Numbered from the stretch's first letter, positions 20,436 to 31,777 are shown. The stretch: 64,000 nucleotides of DNA from Bacteroidota bacterium (GCA_040388745.1 JAZKBF010000032.1:82246-146245); one strand, 5' to 3'. Notes: generated from the sequence alone by a model not told the origin. A program made the numbers and translations.

Positions 20436-20565
20436 GCTGGTCATATTGAGCCTGTCGAAATATGTGCGAAGGCTTCTAAAGTAAACGACATTGTCCCCTC
20501 GAAATGACCATTCGCGCTGTCATTTCGAGCGGAGTCGAGAAAGTGGGTCAGCTTCCATAAGCAAT
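20436..20565. repeat. Second palindromic intergenic repeat family (GTCATTKCGAG-type nested hairpins), one copy.
   Basis: TCGAAATGACCATTCGCGCTGTCATTTCGAGCGG hairpin plus the CGAACAATGTCGTTTAG / TAAACGACATTGT inverted pair. Related to elements at 28098..28190 and 32641..32700. Confidence 0.6.
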
Positions 20566-20607
20566 GTTTATTCTTATAAAAAATTAAACAGGTTCTTTAT
20601 AAATTAC

Positions 20608-20652
20608 CAAAAAAAATGTCCGCCTTTCCAATTGGGAGGCGGACATTTTTTT
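20608..20652. terminator. Bidirectional rho-independent terminator downstream of the ABC-F gene.
   Basis: AAAAAAAA-TGTCCGCCT-ttccaattggg-AGGCGGACA-TTTTTTTT, 16 bp below the stop of the minus-strand gene. Confidence 0.75.
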
Positions 20653-20667
20653 TGAAAACAAAAATTT

Positions 20668-22317
<1,650 letters not shown>

Positions 22318-22348
22318 TTACTAGTTTTTGGAATTATTATTTTTATTT

Positions 22349-22477
22349 GGGCGTTCCCTTTCTGAAAAAGAAAGGTCGGGCTTTCCACTTCAATCTTTTC
22401 TTAAACAAGAAAAGCCTGCCCGAATGAAAGAACTCATTCGTTCGGGCGGGGATTTACGCTGCAATCCCTAACGCAGC
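22349..22477 (+). repeat. Intergenic multi-hairpin repeat element, copy B.
   Basis: GGGCGTTCCCTTTCTGAAAAAGAAAGG...GCCTGCCCGAATGAAAGAACTCATTCGTTCGGGCGGGGATTTACGCTGCAATCCCTAACGCAGC. The 3' approx. 90 nt are near-identical to copy A. Confidence 0.8.
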
Positions 22478-22590
22478 ATTCACATTGAAAGAACCATGAA
22501 TGCATTTCCAGAGGCTACAAAGGTAATGAATTTTTGCCAATTAGAGAGGTAGAAGTGGTTCGATTGTTAGGGTCAGAATTATTGAAATAT

Positions 22591-22632
22591 AAAACCCCTA
22601 AAGGCTTTCTGCCGCCTTTAGGGGTTTTTATT
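22591..22632. terminator. Bidirectional rho-independent terminator.
   Basis: AAAACCCCTAAAGGC-tttctgcc-GCCTTTAGGGGTTTTTATT, immediately 3' of the minus-strand gene ending at 22650. Confidence 0.7.
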
Positions 22633-22649
22633 CAGACTTTGTGATCCGT

Positions 22650-23144
22650 TTATTTAACAATTTTTGACGTTTTTGCCAGATCAAACAATTTTTTAGCTTG
22701 TTCTTTTGTCAAGTTTTTTCCAGCCGTGTCATCATTATAAATAATAAAACCTTTTCTGGCATCAATTGCTCCAATATACTTAAATCCATAAATTCCTTCA
22801 CCGGTAGTTTTGGTTATATAGCCATTTTCAAATTCTTCTATTATTTCGGACGTAAAAGCATCAGAGCTTTTATTTCTTTTAACAACCACAGGAATGGTAT
22901 TCCCCACCATACTTATTTCCTCAACTATTAATAAAAAATCGGTTCCTTCAATTGTATATTTTTTAGAAAAGTCGGATGCACTCTTATTTTCTTTCTTATG
23001 TACTTTGGTGCCTTTTGGAGCATCAATACTTATAGAAATACCTAAATCCTTCAAACTGATTGTTTCATTTTGTGAAAACCCATTAAGGAATAAAAAATTG
23101 GTAATGACAAAAAATAATAAAAAGGATGTTTTTTTTGCTTTCAT
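22650..23144 (-). CDS. Hypothetical secreted protein.
   Basis: Start placed at the internal Met giving the signal peptide MKAKKTSFLLFFVITNFLFLNGFSQ. The longer ORF reaches 23216. No recognisable domain. Bracketed by repeat copies B and C. Confidence 0.4.
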   Translation of the reverse strand: MKAKKTSFLLFFVITNFLFLNGFSQNETISLKDLGISISIDAPKGTKVHKKENKSASDFSKKYTIEGTDFLLIVEEISMVGNTIPVVVKRNKSSDAFTSEIIEEFENGYITKTTGEGIYGFKYIGAIDARKGFIIYNDDTAGKNLTKEQAKKLFDLAKTSKIVK

Positions 23145-23279
23145 AATATGGGTTAGGTTTAATTGTTTAAATAAATTTTTTGCATTTACAAATGTACCTT
23201 TTTTTATTTCGAACACGATTTCATTTAAATGGTAACCTTACATTTGTTTTATTGAAATTGATTTAACTCCATTGTTAAA

Positions 23280-23377
23280 GCTGCGTTAGGGATTGCAGCG
23301 AAAATCCTTCTCCGATTTTTATCGGAGAAGATTGAAGCGCAAAGCCCGCCCTTTCTTTTTCAGAAAGGGAACGCCCC
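23280..23377 (-). repeat. Intergenic repeat element, copy C. It is inverted and shorter, lacking the CCCGAATGAA module.
   Basis: GCTGCGTTAGGGATTGCAGCG...TTCTCCGATTTTTATCGGAGAAG...CCCTTTCTTTTTCAGAAAGGGAACGCCC, the reverse complement of the family ends. Confidence 0.75.
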
Positions 23378-23426
23378 AATATTTATAAGGATAACGCCTT
23401 AATCTTCAATCTAAATCCCCCTAAAA

Positions 23427-24188
23427 TCAAACAAATTTGATTTCTTTAAGGTCAAATTCTTTGATATCATCGTTTTTTAGCTCTATCTGTAATTTCCCAA
23501 TAGCAGAAATCCCAATTATTTTACCTTCAAAAAAGTGATCGCCAGAAGCATAATTATGCCATTCATCCAATTGGTAAAGGTTCTGCAAATAAGCTGCATC
23601 AATACTTTCCAGCTTATTACCTTTTAGTTGTAGGTAACGGGCTTCAATAAATCCACTCAGTTTTTCAAGTACCTGCATCAGATCAAATTCTTTATTCGTG
23701 ATCAACGACATTGATGTTGCGCTTATATCAGCATTAAAGACGGTTTGATTAATATTTACTCCAATTCCAACAATAGCATTTTGAATATTATTTTCGCGTA
23801 GTGTATTTTCAATTAAGATCCCTGCAATTTTCTTAGTACCAACATAGATATCATTCGGCCATTTTATCCTTATTTCGCTTGTTTTGTCTGGTGGTTTAAG
23901 TAATTCTGCCATTAAGTCAGCAACGGCTAGTGATACGATTTTATTAAGTGAAAACTGTTTGTTTGCTTGCAAAAATGAAGGATATAAAATAAAGCTGGAA
24001 GCCACGTTTTTATTGGGTTCTGTCTCCCAGGTATTACCTCGCTGGCCTCTACCATTTTGCTGATCAAAGGTGTAGATAAGTGTGCCTTCTGCAGGTTTAA
24101 TTTGTCCTAGCAATTGACTGGCATAACTGTTGGTAGAGTCTATTGACTTTAAGTGAATACAATTTTGCCCTACAAATAATGTTTTCAT
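23427..24188 (-). CDS. birA: Biotin--[acetyl-CoA-carboxylase] ligase, group I, with no N-terminal HTH.
   Basis: 253 aa with a GRGQRGNTWETEP motif matching the BPL GRGRRGxxW signature, and a KIAGIL motif. Confidence 0.8.
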   Translation of the reverse strand: MKTLFVGQNCIHLKSIDSTNSYASQLLGQIKPAEGTLIYTFDQQNGRGQRGNTWETEPNKNVASSFILYPSFLQANKQFSLNKIVSLAVADLMAELLKPPDKTSEIRIKWPNDIYVGTKKIAGILIENTLRENNIQNAIVGIGVNINQTVFNADISATSMSLITNKEFDLMQVLEKLSGFIEARYLQLKGNKLESIDAAYLQNLYQLDEWHNYASGDHFFEGKIIGISAIGKLQIELKNDDIKEFDLKEIKFV

Positions 24189-24280
24189 TGTTTAAATGCG
24201 AAAGATTTGACTATTTTTGTGCCTTAAAATCATCTAAAACAGTAGTGTAAAGAACGAAATAAAACTGAGAACTTCAATTA

Positions 24281-24964
24281 ATGGCTATAAAGAAAACTAT
24301 TTCTACAAAATCAAGCCCTGCAGTAGCGGGGAAAGTTCCTGCAAAAAAGATCGCTGCAAAAAAATCTCCGGTTAAAAAAGCTACAGCTCCTAAGAAAGTT
24401 GCGGCTGCAAAAAAAGCAGCACCAGCAAAAAAAGCAGCAGTTTCTAAAAAAGCGGTTGTTGCAAAAAAAGTTTCTGCGCCTAAAAAAGCAGCAGCTCCTA
24501 AGAAAGCCGCTAAAAAAGAAGCTGGAAAGATCATCAAAAAGCTTCCTGCAAAACTGTTGAAGACTAAAACGTCAGAAAAGGGAAAAGCAACAAAGTCGGA
24601 TGCTGTAAAAAGTGCGATCCAGTTGCTTGTTGATGCGGCAGTGGAAGGTGTTTTGGAAGTAAAAGGAAAAAACATTGCTATTCTTGACCTGCAAAGCATA
24701 CATAACCGTGTTTGTGATTATTATATCATTTGTCAGGCCGATTCAAGCACTCAGGTAAATGCAATTGCAGGTTCGGTTGAAGAAATGGTGAAAAAACGTA
24801 TTGGTGAAAGACCATATCATACGGAAGGGTTTCAAAATTCAGAATGGATCCTTGTTGATTACGTAAATGTGGTAGTGCATGTTTTTCAATCACATATTCG
24901 TGAGTTTTATAACCTGGAAGCCTTATGGGCTGATGCAGAAATAACCAAAATTGCTTTTGATTAA
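24281..24964 (+). CDS. rsfS: Ribosomal silencing factor RsfS (Iojap) with an unusual ~110-aa lysine/alanine-rich, histone H1-like N-terminal extension.
   Basis: The C-terminal ~115 aa (GKNIAILDLQSI...DYYIICQADSSTQVNAIAGSVEE...WILVDYVNVVVHVFQSHIREFYNLEALW) form the RsfS/DUF143 fold. The N-terminal half is KKAAP/AKKA repeats. The opposite-strand ORF 24274..24699 is the low-complexity shadow of this region. Confidence 0.7.
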   Translation: MAIKKTISTKSSPAVAGKVPAKKIAAKKSPVKKATAPKKVAAAKKAAPAKKAAVSKKAVVAKKVSAPKKAAAPKKAAKKEAGKIIKKLPAKLLKTKTSEKGKATKSDAVKSAIQLLVDAAVEGVLEVKGKNIAILDLQSIHNRVCDYYIICQADSSTQVNAIAGSVEEMVKKRIGERPYHTEGFQNSEWILVDYVNVVVHVFQSHIREFYNLEALWADAEITKIAFD

Positions 24965-24970
24965 AACTCC

Positions 24971-25045
24971 TACGAATTACGAATTTAAAAACGAATTACG
25001 AATGATAGCATTATCAATGCATAACTGCTTTTCGTAATTCGAGAA
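24971..25045. repeat. ACGAATTACGAAT direct repeat x2 plus an inverted copy TTCGTAATTCG, between rsfS and ftsH.
   Basis: Direct copies at about 24973 and 24994, with the inverted copy at about 25031. May form a terminator or attenuator-like stem. Confidence 0.4.
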
Positions 25046-25090
25046 ATCCGTAATTTTAAGTATAATTTATTTTAAGAACGAACAATAAAT

Positions 25091-27151
25091 ATGAGCGAAC
25101 AACCAGAAAGCAATAAAACAGAGGAAAAAGGTTCTTCTTTGAAGAGCAAGTTTCCGAAGAAACCCAATATGCCGAAGAATCCATTTAATTTTTATTGGAT
25201 CTATGGAATAATTGCAGTAGCGTTAATTGCTATGCAGTTGATGAATTTTAGCAGCCCATTAAAAGAGGTTCAATCTTCCGACTTTTTTGAGAGTATGCTA
25301 AAAAAACATCATGTAACACGTATTGTTGTGGTTCCAAATCAGCAGGTTGCTGAAATTTTTATAAACAGAGATAGTTTAAAGCTTCCACGATATGTGAAAG
25401 AAGGTCTTGAAAAGCACCCTGCTGGACCTCATTTCAAAATGAAGATTTTGTCTGTAGAAGATTTTAGCAAGAATTTGGAAAAAGCTCAGCAAGACTTTTT
25501 ACCTAACGAGGTAATTTATCCCGAAAGTGATCCCCGTTCCAGCTGGACCGATCAGTTAGGTTGGATCTTACCAATTGTATTAATGGTTGTTATCTGGATC
25601 ATTATCATGCGCAGAATGGGCGGTGGTGCAGGTGGTGGACAGATTTTCAATATTGGAAAATCGAAAGCAACTTTATTTGATAAAGATTCGAATGTAAACA
25701 TCACATTTAATGATGTTGCGGGTTTAGAAGGCGCAAAAATTGAAATTAAAGAGATCGTTGATTTTCTGAAAAGTCCTACAAAATATACTGCTTTGGGTGC
25801 TAAAATCCCTAAGGGGGCACTGTTGGTGGGACCTCCGGGTACCGGTAAAACCCTTTTGGCGAAAGCTGTTGCGGGTGAAGCGAAGGTTCCTTTCTTTTCA
25901 CTTTCAGGTTCTGATTTTGTTGAAATGTTTGTGGGGGTAGGTGCATCACGTGTTCGTGACTTGTTCCGCCAGGCAAAAGAAAAAGCTCCTTGTATTATAT
26001 TTATTGATGAAATTGATGCAATTGGCCGTGCCCGTGGAAAAAATCCTGCTCAAGGTGCAAATGATGAGCGTGAAAATACATTGAATCAGTTGTTAACCGA
26101 AATGGATGGGTTTGGTACAAACAGTGGTGTAATTATACTTGCAGCTACCAATCGTGCTGATATTCTGGACAGGGCATTAATGCGTGCCGGTCGTTTCGAT
26201 CGTCAGATCTATGTGGATATGCCTGATTTGAATGAGCGTAAGGATATTTTTAAAGTGCATTTGAAACCGTTAAAAATAGATGCTTCTATTGATGTTGATT
26301 TTTTAGCAAAACAAACTCCGGGATTCTCGGGTGCTGATATCGCTAATATTTGTAATGAAGCTGCATTAATAGCTGCACGTCACGACAAAAAGTTTATTGA
26401 AAAACAGGATTTTTTAGATGCTGTTGATCGTATCATTGGTGGACTTGAAAAGAAAAATAAAATTATTTCTCTTCACGAAAAAAATGTGATCGCTTATCAC
26501 GAAGCAGGACATGCCGCTACAAGCTGGTTGCTTGAACACGCATCTCCGCTTGTTAAAGTTACTATTATTCCTCGTGGACGATCGTTAGGTGCTGCATGGT
26601 ATTTACCTGAAGAGCGTCAAATTACTACTACTGAGCAGTTAATGGATGAAATGTGCGCAACACTTGGCGGACGTGCTGCGGAAGAAGTGATCTTCGGCAA
26701 AATTTCGACAGGAGCCTTAAGCGATCTTGAAAAGGTTACGAAACAGGCGTATGCAATGATCACCATTTATGGTTTAAACAGTAAGATCGGTAATATCAGT
26801 TATTATGATTCTACGGGTGCTAACGAGTATGGTTTCACGAAGCCATACAGCGAAAAAACAGCCCAGACCATTGATGAAGAAGTAAGTAAGTTAATTGAAC
26901 TGGCTTATGTTCGCGCTAAAGATATTTTAACAAAAAACAAACCTTTATTAAAACTGCTTGCTGAAAAATTGCTTGAAAAAGAAGTTATTTTTAAAGAAGA
27001 TCTTGAAACTATTTTTGGTAAACGACCATTTGATAAAGAGGATCTACCAATAACAAAGGCTGTTGAACTTGAAGCAAAAGAGGAAGATAAAAAAGAGGAT
27101 GAGCCTACAACTGATAAAGGGCCTGAAAAGCCTGTAAATACGTTGTTTTAA
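25091..27151 (+). CDS. ftsH: ATP-dependent zinc metalloprotease FtsH.
   Basis: 686 aa with two N-terminal transmembrane segments, an AAA+ Walker [19 protein letters not shown], an SRH region, an HEAGHA zinc motif and an acidic C-terminal tail. Confidence 0.95.
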   Translation: MSEQPESNKTEEKGSSLKSKFPKKPNMPKNPFNFYWIYGIIAVALIAMQLMNFSSPLKEVQSSDFFESMLKKHHVTRIVVVPNQQVAEIFINRDSLKLPRYVKEGLEKHPAGPHFKMKILSVEDFSKNLEKAQQDFLPNEVIYPESDPRSSWTDQLGWILPIVLMVVIWIIIMRRMGGGAGGGQIFNIGKSKATLFDKDSNVNITFNDVAGLEGAKIEIKEIVDFLKSPTKYTALGAKIPKGALLVGPPGTGKTLLAKAVAGEAKVPFFSLSGSDFVEMFVGVGASRVRDLFRQAKEKAPCIIFIDEIDAIGRARGKNPAQGANDERENTLNQLLTEMDGFGTNSGVIILAATNRADILDRALMRAGRFDRQIYVDMPDLNERKDIFKVHLKPLKIDASIDVDFLAKQTPGFSGADIANICNEAALIAARHDKKFIEKQDFLDAVDRIIGGLEKKNKIISLHEKNVIAYHEAGHAATSWLLEHASPLVKVTIIPRGRSLGAAWYLPEERQITTTEQLMDEMCATLGGRAAEEVIFGKISTGALSDLEKVTKQAYAMITIYGLNSKIGNISYYDSTGANEYGFTKPYSEKTAQTIDEEVSKLIELAYVRAKDILTKNKPLLKLLAEKLLEKEVIFKEDLETIFGKRPFDKEDLPITKAVELEAKEEDKKEDEPTTDKGPEKPVNTLF

Positions 27152-27157
27152 TAGTAG

Positions 27158-27279
27158 AACGCAGATAACGCAGATCGTTTATGATAAACACGGATAAAAA
27201 ACTGATTAATCATAAATTTTATTTTAAACATAAATAAAAAATCATTTTTGATCCTAAACAATCTGCGTTATCCGCGTTC
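27158..27279. repeat. About 20-bp inverted repeat GAACGCAGATAACGCAGAT / ATCTGCGTTATCCGCGTTC enclosing an 80-nt AT-rich spacer, immediately 3' of ftsH.
   Basis: Left arm at 27158-27176 and right arm at 27259-27279. Possible long-stem terminator, sRNA or MITE-like element. Confidence 0.5.
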
Positions 27280-27343
27280 CATTTTGCTAATAGAATTTGC
27301 TCAAAATAAAATTCAGAACTACAAGATGTAAAAAAGTTTTTTT

Positions 27344-28000
27344 ATGCAAAGTAATACCACTTCAAAAGAAAAAATTTTAAAAAAAATACGTAAAGCTTTA
27401 ATTCATAAATCAGCTAAAGAAATGGTTGATGTGGATAAAGAATCCGAAATATTTACCACTTCTGAAGAACCGCTTGAAATACAGTTTGCTCAGAATTTTT
27501 CTGCACTCAATGGAAGATTTGTTTTTTGTGAAAATGAAACTGAGTTTATCGAAAACTTTGAGTTCATTGCAAAAGATAATAACTGGAAAAATCTCTTTTC
27601 TTTGGAACCCGCTATCAAGGCCTTGCTCAAAAAAGGCAAAATTAAATTCTCCGATAAAGAAGCTGATCTATTAACTACTGATATTGGGTTAACACTTTGT
27701 GAATGTCTGGTAGCACGTACAGGAAGCGTTATTATTACTTCTAAGCAAGCATCAGGGCGCAGGTTGCCTGTGTATGCTAATTTCCACATAGTAGTTGCTT
27801 ATACCTCACAATTGGTGTATAATATCAAAGATGCTTTGAAATACATCCGCGAAAAATATAAAAATCAATTGCCATCTATGATCTCCACTATAACTGGCCC
27901 AAGCTTGACAGCTGATATCGAAAAAACATTGGTACAAGGGGCACATGGCCCGAGGGAGATCTTTGTGTTTTTAATTGATGATATAGCTGTACTTGACTAG
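27344..28000 (+). CDS. LUD-domain protein (LutC/YkgG-like, DUF162).
   Basis: 218 aa with ARTGSVIITS...PSLTADIEKTLVQGAHGPREIFVFLIDD, characteristic of the lactate-utilisation LutC family. Confidence 0.7.
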   Translation: MQSNTTSKEKILKKIRKALIHKSAKEMVDVDKESEIFTTSEEPLEIQFAQNFSALNGRFVFCENETEFIENFEFIAKDNNWKNLFSLEPAIKALLKKGKIKFSDKEADLLTTDIGLTLCECLVARTGSVIITSKQASGRRLPVYANFHIVVAYTSQLVYNIKDALKYIREKYKNQLPSMISTITGPSLTADIEKTLVQGAHGPREIFVFLIDDIAVLD

Positions 28001-28097
28001 TTTGATATTAAACTTTTCCTTCTTTTACAATCCACTGTTATATTGCTTTTAAATTAGACTACATATAAGTTAATTTATTAAAATAATTGAATGCCCA

Positions 28098-28190
28098 TTT
28101 GGAACGTCATTGCGAGGCACGAAGCAATCTCAAACAATCATAGGAGTGAGATTGCTTCGGCTGAAAAGTCTCGCAATGACGCATTGAATG
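28098..28190. repeat. Nested-palindrome intergenic element of the GTCATTGCGAG family.
   Basis: Outer arms CGTCATTGCGAG / CTCGCAATGACG. Inner hairpin GAAGCAATCTCA...TGAGATTGCTTC. Confidence 0.6.
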
Positions 28191-28263
28191 AAGCTTTTTA
28201 TAAAAAAAACCATAACACTTTAACTTATATAAAGTCTATTGAAATGGTTGAATAATTAAAAAT

Positions 28264-28470
28264 ATGGAACCAAATTGGGTAAGCATATACACTTCTTCTT
28301 ATCTTCACACCGCAGAATTATTTAAAGCTTTGTTAGCTGAAAATAATATTCTAAGCATTATAATCAATAATCAGGATTCGTTTTATAAAACAATTGGAGT
28401 GGTGGAGCTATATGTTGAGCGCGACAATGTGATTTTAGCCAAGCGAATCATAAACGAAAATAACCTGTGA
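28264..28470 (+). CDS. DUF2007-like small protein (putative signal-transducing protein fold).
   Basis: 68 aa matching the DUF2007 pattern (W..VY.....EAE..K.LLEENGI...N.QDS.Y...G.VE..V). The stop overlaps the GTG start of cdsA, suggesting translational coupling. Confidence 0.5.
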   Translation: MEPNWVSIYTSSYLHTAELFKALLAENNILSIIINNQDSFYKTIGVVELYVERDNVILAKRIINENNL

Positions 28471-29285
28471 ATAATTTCGTAAAACGTACACTCACCGCAA
28501 CAGTATTCGTAGCAGTACTTTTAGGTTGCACCTTTTGGAATCAATATTCATTTTCAGCTTTGTTTTTTGTAATTACTATTTTGGGTGTTTGGGAATTCTA
28601 TACCTTATCAGAAAAAGTCGGTAATAAACCTCAAAAAGTAGTTGGAACTATTGCCGGGGCTGTATTGTTTGCAAGTAATGCAATAGTATGTATGGGCTTT
28701 TATGATGCCCGGATCTTAGTAATAAATATTCCGATTATATTTCTCATTTTTATTATTGAACTCTATTTAAAAGCTGCTGATCCATTTAAAAATATTGCAT
28801 TCACTTTATTGGGAATTATTTATGTTGCTCTTCCGTTTTCATTATTAAATTATATAACCACAACCAATCAAACGTATGAGTATCAAATGATGTTTGGTTT
28901 TTTCTTTATTCTCTGGTGCAATGATTCCGGTGCTTATATAGTGGGATCGGCTTTAGGTAAAAATAAATTATTTCTGCGCGTATCACCAGGTAAAACGTGG
29001 GAAGGAAGCATCGGAGGTGGAATTGTAAGTTATGGTGTAGCATTTATTATTTCGGGATGGTATACCAATATTAGTAGAATGGATTGGATGGTGATCGCAA
29101 CTATTCTGGTAGTGATCGGTACTTTGGGAGATTTGGTGGAATCCCTTTTTAAACGTAGTATCAATGTAAAAGATTCTGGTAATATACTTCCTGGGCATGG
29201 AGGGATCTTAGATCGCTTCGACAGCCTAATAATGTCTGCCCCTTTTGTATTTGCGTATTTATATCTTGCAAAAATATTTTGTTAA
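28467..29285 (+). CDS. cdsA: Phosphatidate cytidylyltransferase (CDP-diglyceride synthase).
   Basis: Polytopic membrane protein with the C-terminal signature SLFKRSINVKDSGNILPGHGGILDRFDSL. Apparent GTG start. Confidence 0.85.
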   Translation: MNNFVKRTLTATVFVAVLLGCTFWNQYSFSALFFVITILGVWEFYTLSEKVGNKPQKVVGTIAGAVLFASNAIVCMGFYDARILVINIPIIFLIFIIELYLKAADPFKNIAFTLLGIIYVALPFSLLNYITTTNQTYEYQMMFGFFFILWCNDSGAYIVGSALGKNKLFLRVSPGKTWEGSIGGGIVSYGVAFIISGWYTNISRMDWMVIATILVVIGTLGDLVESLFKRSINVKDSGNILPGHGGILDRFDSLIMSAPFVFAYLYLAKIFC

Positions 29286-29485
29286 ATGTTTTTGCAAACC
29301 TCATATCCAGCTGGAAAATATCTTGGTGCAGCCCCTTATGACAGTTCATGTGGTATGCCCTTATGGTCATTTATTGTTGCTGTGGCCATTTTACTCTATA
29401 TTGTTATCAGGCTTTGGATTGCGATAAAAAAAAGTAAAAAATAATCCATTATTTCGGCAGATGAAACTTAGGGTCTTAAAATTTA

Positions 29486-30460
29486 TTACATTTTAAATCC
29501 CAATTTACCCCTAACTCGCTTCAATGTTGCCTTTGCAATCACGCGTGCTTTATCTGCACCTATCTGTAGTTTTGCATCTAACTCATTACGGTTATTCATG
29601 TAATGATTATATAATTCTCTTTGTGATTTAAATTTCTCCAACAATAATTCATATAAAGCTGTTTTCGCGCTTCCGTATCCGTAACCACCGCGTAAATAGT
29701 TCTCACGCATTTCTGCAATTTGCTGTTTAGAAGCTATTAGTTTATACAAAGCAAAAACATTGCAGGTGTCAGGGTTTTTAGGGGCTTCAAGAGGAGTCGC
29801 ATCTGTAATAATGCCCATTACTATTTTTTTTAATTCTTTTTCCGGAAGAAAAATATTAATAAAATTGTGTAATGATTTACTCATTTTTTGCCCGTCAGTA
29901 CCAGGAACAAGCATTACAGCTTCATCGATTTTTGCTTCGGGTATTACAAATACATCACCATATTTAAAATTAAATTTTTCGGCTATATCTCTTGTCATTT
30001 CAAGGTGTTGAACCTGATCTTTTCCAACGGGAACAAAATGGGCATCATACAAAATAATATCAGAGGCCATTAATACCGGATAGGTGAATAAGCCTGCATT
30101 TACATCAGCCAAACGTTCGGATTTATCTTTGAAGGAATGTGCGTTGGCAAGCATAGGGTAAGGAGTAAAACAATTCAAATACCACGTTAATTCACAAACT
30201 TCCGGTACATCACTCTGGCGGTAGAAAATATTTTTATCCGTATCAAAGCCAAATGCTAACCAGGTAGCGGCAACGGCATCGGAGCTGTTCTTTAAAAACT
30301 CCGCATCTTTAATTGTCGTTAACGCATGTAGATCAGCAATAAAAAAAAGTGATTCATTACCTGCCACCTTCGATAATTCTATTGCCGGCATAATTGCCCC
30401 TAAAATATTTCCCAAATGTGGAATGTTTGTACTTTGAACTCCTGTAAGTATTCGTGCCAT
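29486..30460 (-). CDS. trpS: Tryptophan--tRNA ligase.
   Basis: 324-aa class I aaRS with an N-terminal HIGH-like TNIPHLGN motif and a KMSKS motif. Confidence 0.9.
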   Translation of the reverse strand: MARILTGVQSTNIPHLGNILGAIMPAIELSKVAGNESLFFIADLHALTTIKDAEFLKNSSDAVAATWLAFGFDTDKNIFYRQSDVPEVCELTWYLNCFTPYPMLANAHSFKDKSERLADVNAGLFTYPVLMASDIILYDAHFVPVGKDQVQHLEMTRDIAEKFNFKYGDVFVIPEAKIDEAVMLVPGTDGQKMSKSLHNFINIFLPEKELKKIVMGIITDATPLEAPKNPDTCNVFALYKLIASKQQIAEMRENYLRGGYGYGSAKTALYELLLEKFKSQRELYNHYMNNRNELDAKLQIGADKARVIAKATLKRVRGKLGFKM

Positions 30461-30523
30461 TGATTTTAATTAACTGAACTGATTATTAATATATATATTA
30501 AAATGTAAATTTATTTGAATTTA

Positions 30524-31777
30524 CTAAGTGTGATCTTTGAATATTGATCTTAGAATTTTATCTGTCGCACCAATATGCGATAACACATAATTTTTTGATG
30601 TGGAAGCCGCTTTTGTTAATGCTTCCGGCCTACTTAACAGATCAACTGTTTTTTTGAACTCTTCCGAAGATGCAATAGAAAAGGCTCCACCTAAATGAAC
30701 CAGTTCTTTCGCTTCAATAAAATTATGGTATTTAGGTCCAAAAATAATTGGCAGACCAAATGTTGCAGGCTCTAAAATATTATGAATATTTTTTCCAAAG
30801 CCACCTCCAATAAAGGCAATTGTACCGTATTGATATAATGATGAAAGCATACCGATATTGTCAATAATTAATACATCGGCAGTTTTTATATTTTGTTCAT
30901 TGGCTTGCGAGAATCTTACTGTGGTTGAGTTGCTGAATTGTTGGATTGTTGACTGTATGCTGCTTTCATCGATTTCGTGAGGGGCAACAATTAATTTAAA
31001 ACCCGCATTTTTGAAATTAAAATCTGAAATTATTTTTAAATCTTCTCCCCATGTACTTCCTGCAATAAATACTTTTTTGTCAGTCACAAATTGTTTTACA
31101 ATATCAATTTGTTTTACATTTTTTGAAATTTCAAAAACCCTGTCGAAGCGGGTATCCCCTGCTACAGAAGCATTGTGGTAACCGATTGAATTTAGGGAAC
31201 TCAAAGAAGATTCGTCCTGCAGGTAAAAATGAGTGAATGCATTGAGTTGTTTGCGAAACCATGCGCCATAATTTTTAAAAAAATAGTGATCCTCTCTGAA
31301 GATGCCGCATATTAAATACGTGGGAACATGTTGTTTTTTAAGCTCATTCAGATAATTGAACCAAAATTCATATTTTACAAAAATTGCAATTTCCGGTTTT
31401 ACTATTTCAATGAATTTTTTTGCAGAGGAGGGGGTGTCCATCGGTAAATAAAAAATGTAATCAGCACCGGCATAATTTTTTCGGACTTCGTATCCGGAGG
31501 GGGAAAAAAAAGTAAGTAAAATTTTGGTTTCCTGCTGTTCTTTTTTAATCTTCTCCATAAGAGGTCTGCCTTGCTCAAATTCGCCCAAGGAGGCGCAATG
31601 AAACCATATTAATTGGGACTCTGGAGCATCGAGTTTTAAGTTCCGGATTTCTGATTTGAGTTTTTCAAAAATGTTTTTCCTCCCATCGATCCATAATTTG
31701 GCTTTGGGATTAAACAAGGATGCAACACGAATCGCGAATAGATATAGGTATATTAAAGATGAATAGATTATTTTCAT
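30524..31777 (-). CDS. waaA: 3-deoxy-D-manno-octulosonic acid (Kdo) transferase.
   Basis: 417 aa with an N-terminal transmembrane anchor, WFHCASLGEFEQGRPL (the Kdo-transferase HxASxGE motif) and a GT-B C-terminal half. Confidence 0.85.
   Translation of the reverse strand: MKIIYSSLIYLYLFAIRVASLFNPKAKLWIDGRKNIFEKLKSEIRNLKLDAPESQLIWFHCASLGEFEQGRPLMEKIKKEQQETKILLTFFSPSGYEVRKNYAGADYIFYLPMDTPSSAKKFIEIVKPEIAIFVKYEFWFNYLNELKKQHVPTYLICGIFREDHYFFKNYGAWFRKQLNAFTHFYLQDESSLSSLNSIGYHNASVAGDTRFDRVFEISKNVKQIDIVKQFVTDKKVFIAGSTWGEDLKIISDFNFKNAGFKLIVAPHEIDESSIQSTIQQFSNSTTVRFSQANEQNIKTADVLIIDNIGMLSSLYQYGTIAFIGGGFGKNIHNILEPATFGLPIIFGPKYHNFIEAKELVHLGGAFSIASSEEFKKTVDLLSRPEALTKAASTSKNYVLSHIGATDKILRSIFKDHT

Noticed and set aside
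22540-22580. GGTTCGATTG motif reminiscent of a tRNA T-arm.
   Set aside because: The flanking sequence cannot be folded into acceptor, D and anticodon arms. No tRNA-like cloverleaf could be supported anywhere in the window.
24274-24699. 141-aa minus-strand ORF rich in Ala, Phe and Leu (AAFLGAAAFLG...).
   Set aside because: It is the reverse-frame shadow of the lysine/alanine-rich repeat region of the RsfS fusion gene. It is low complexity and has no start context.
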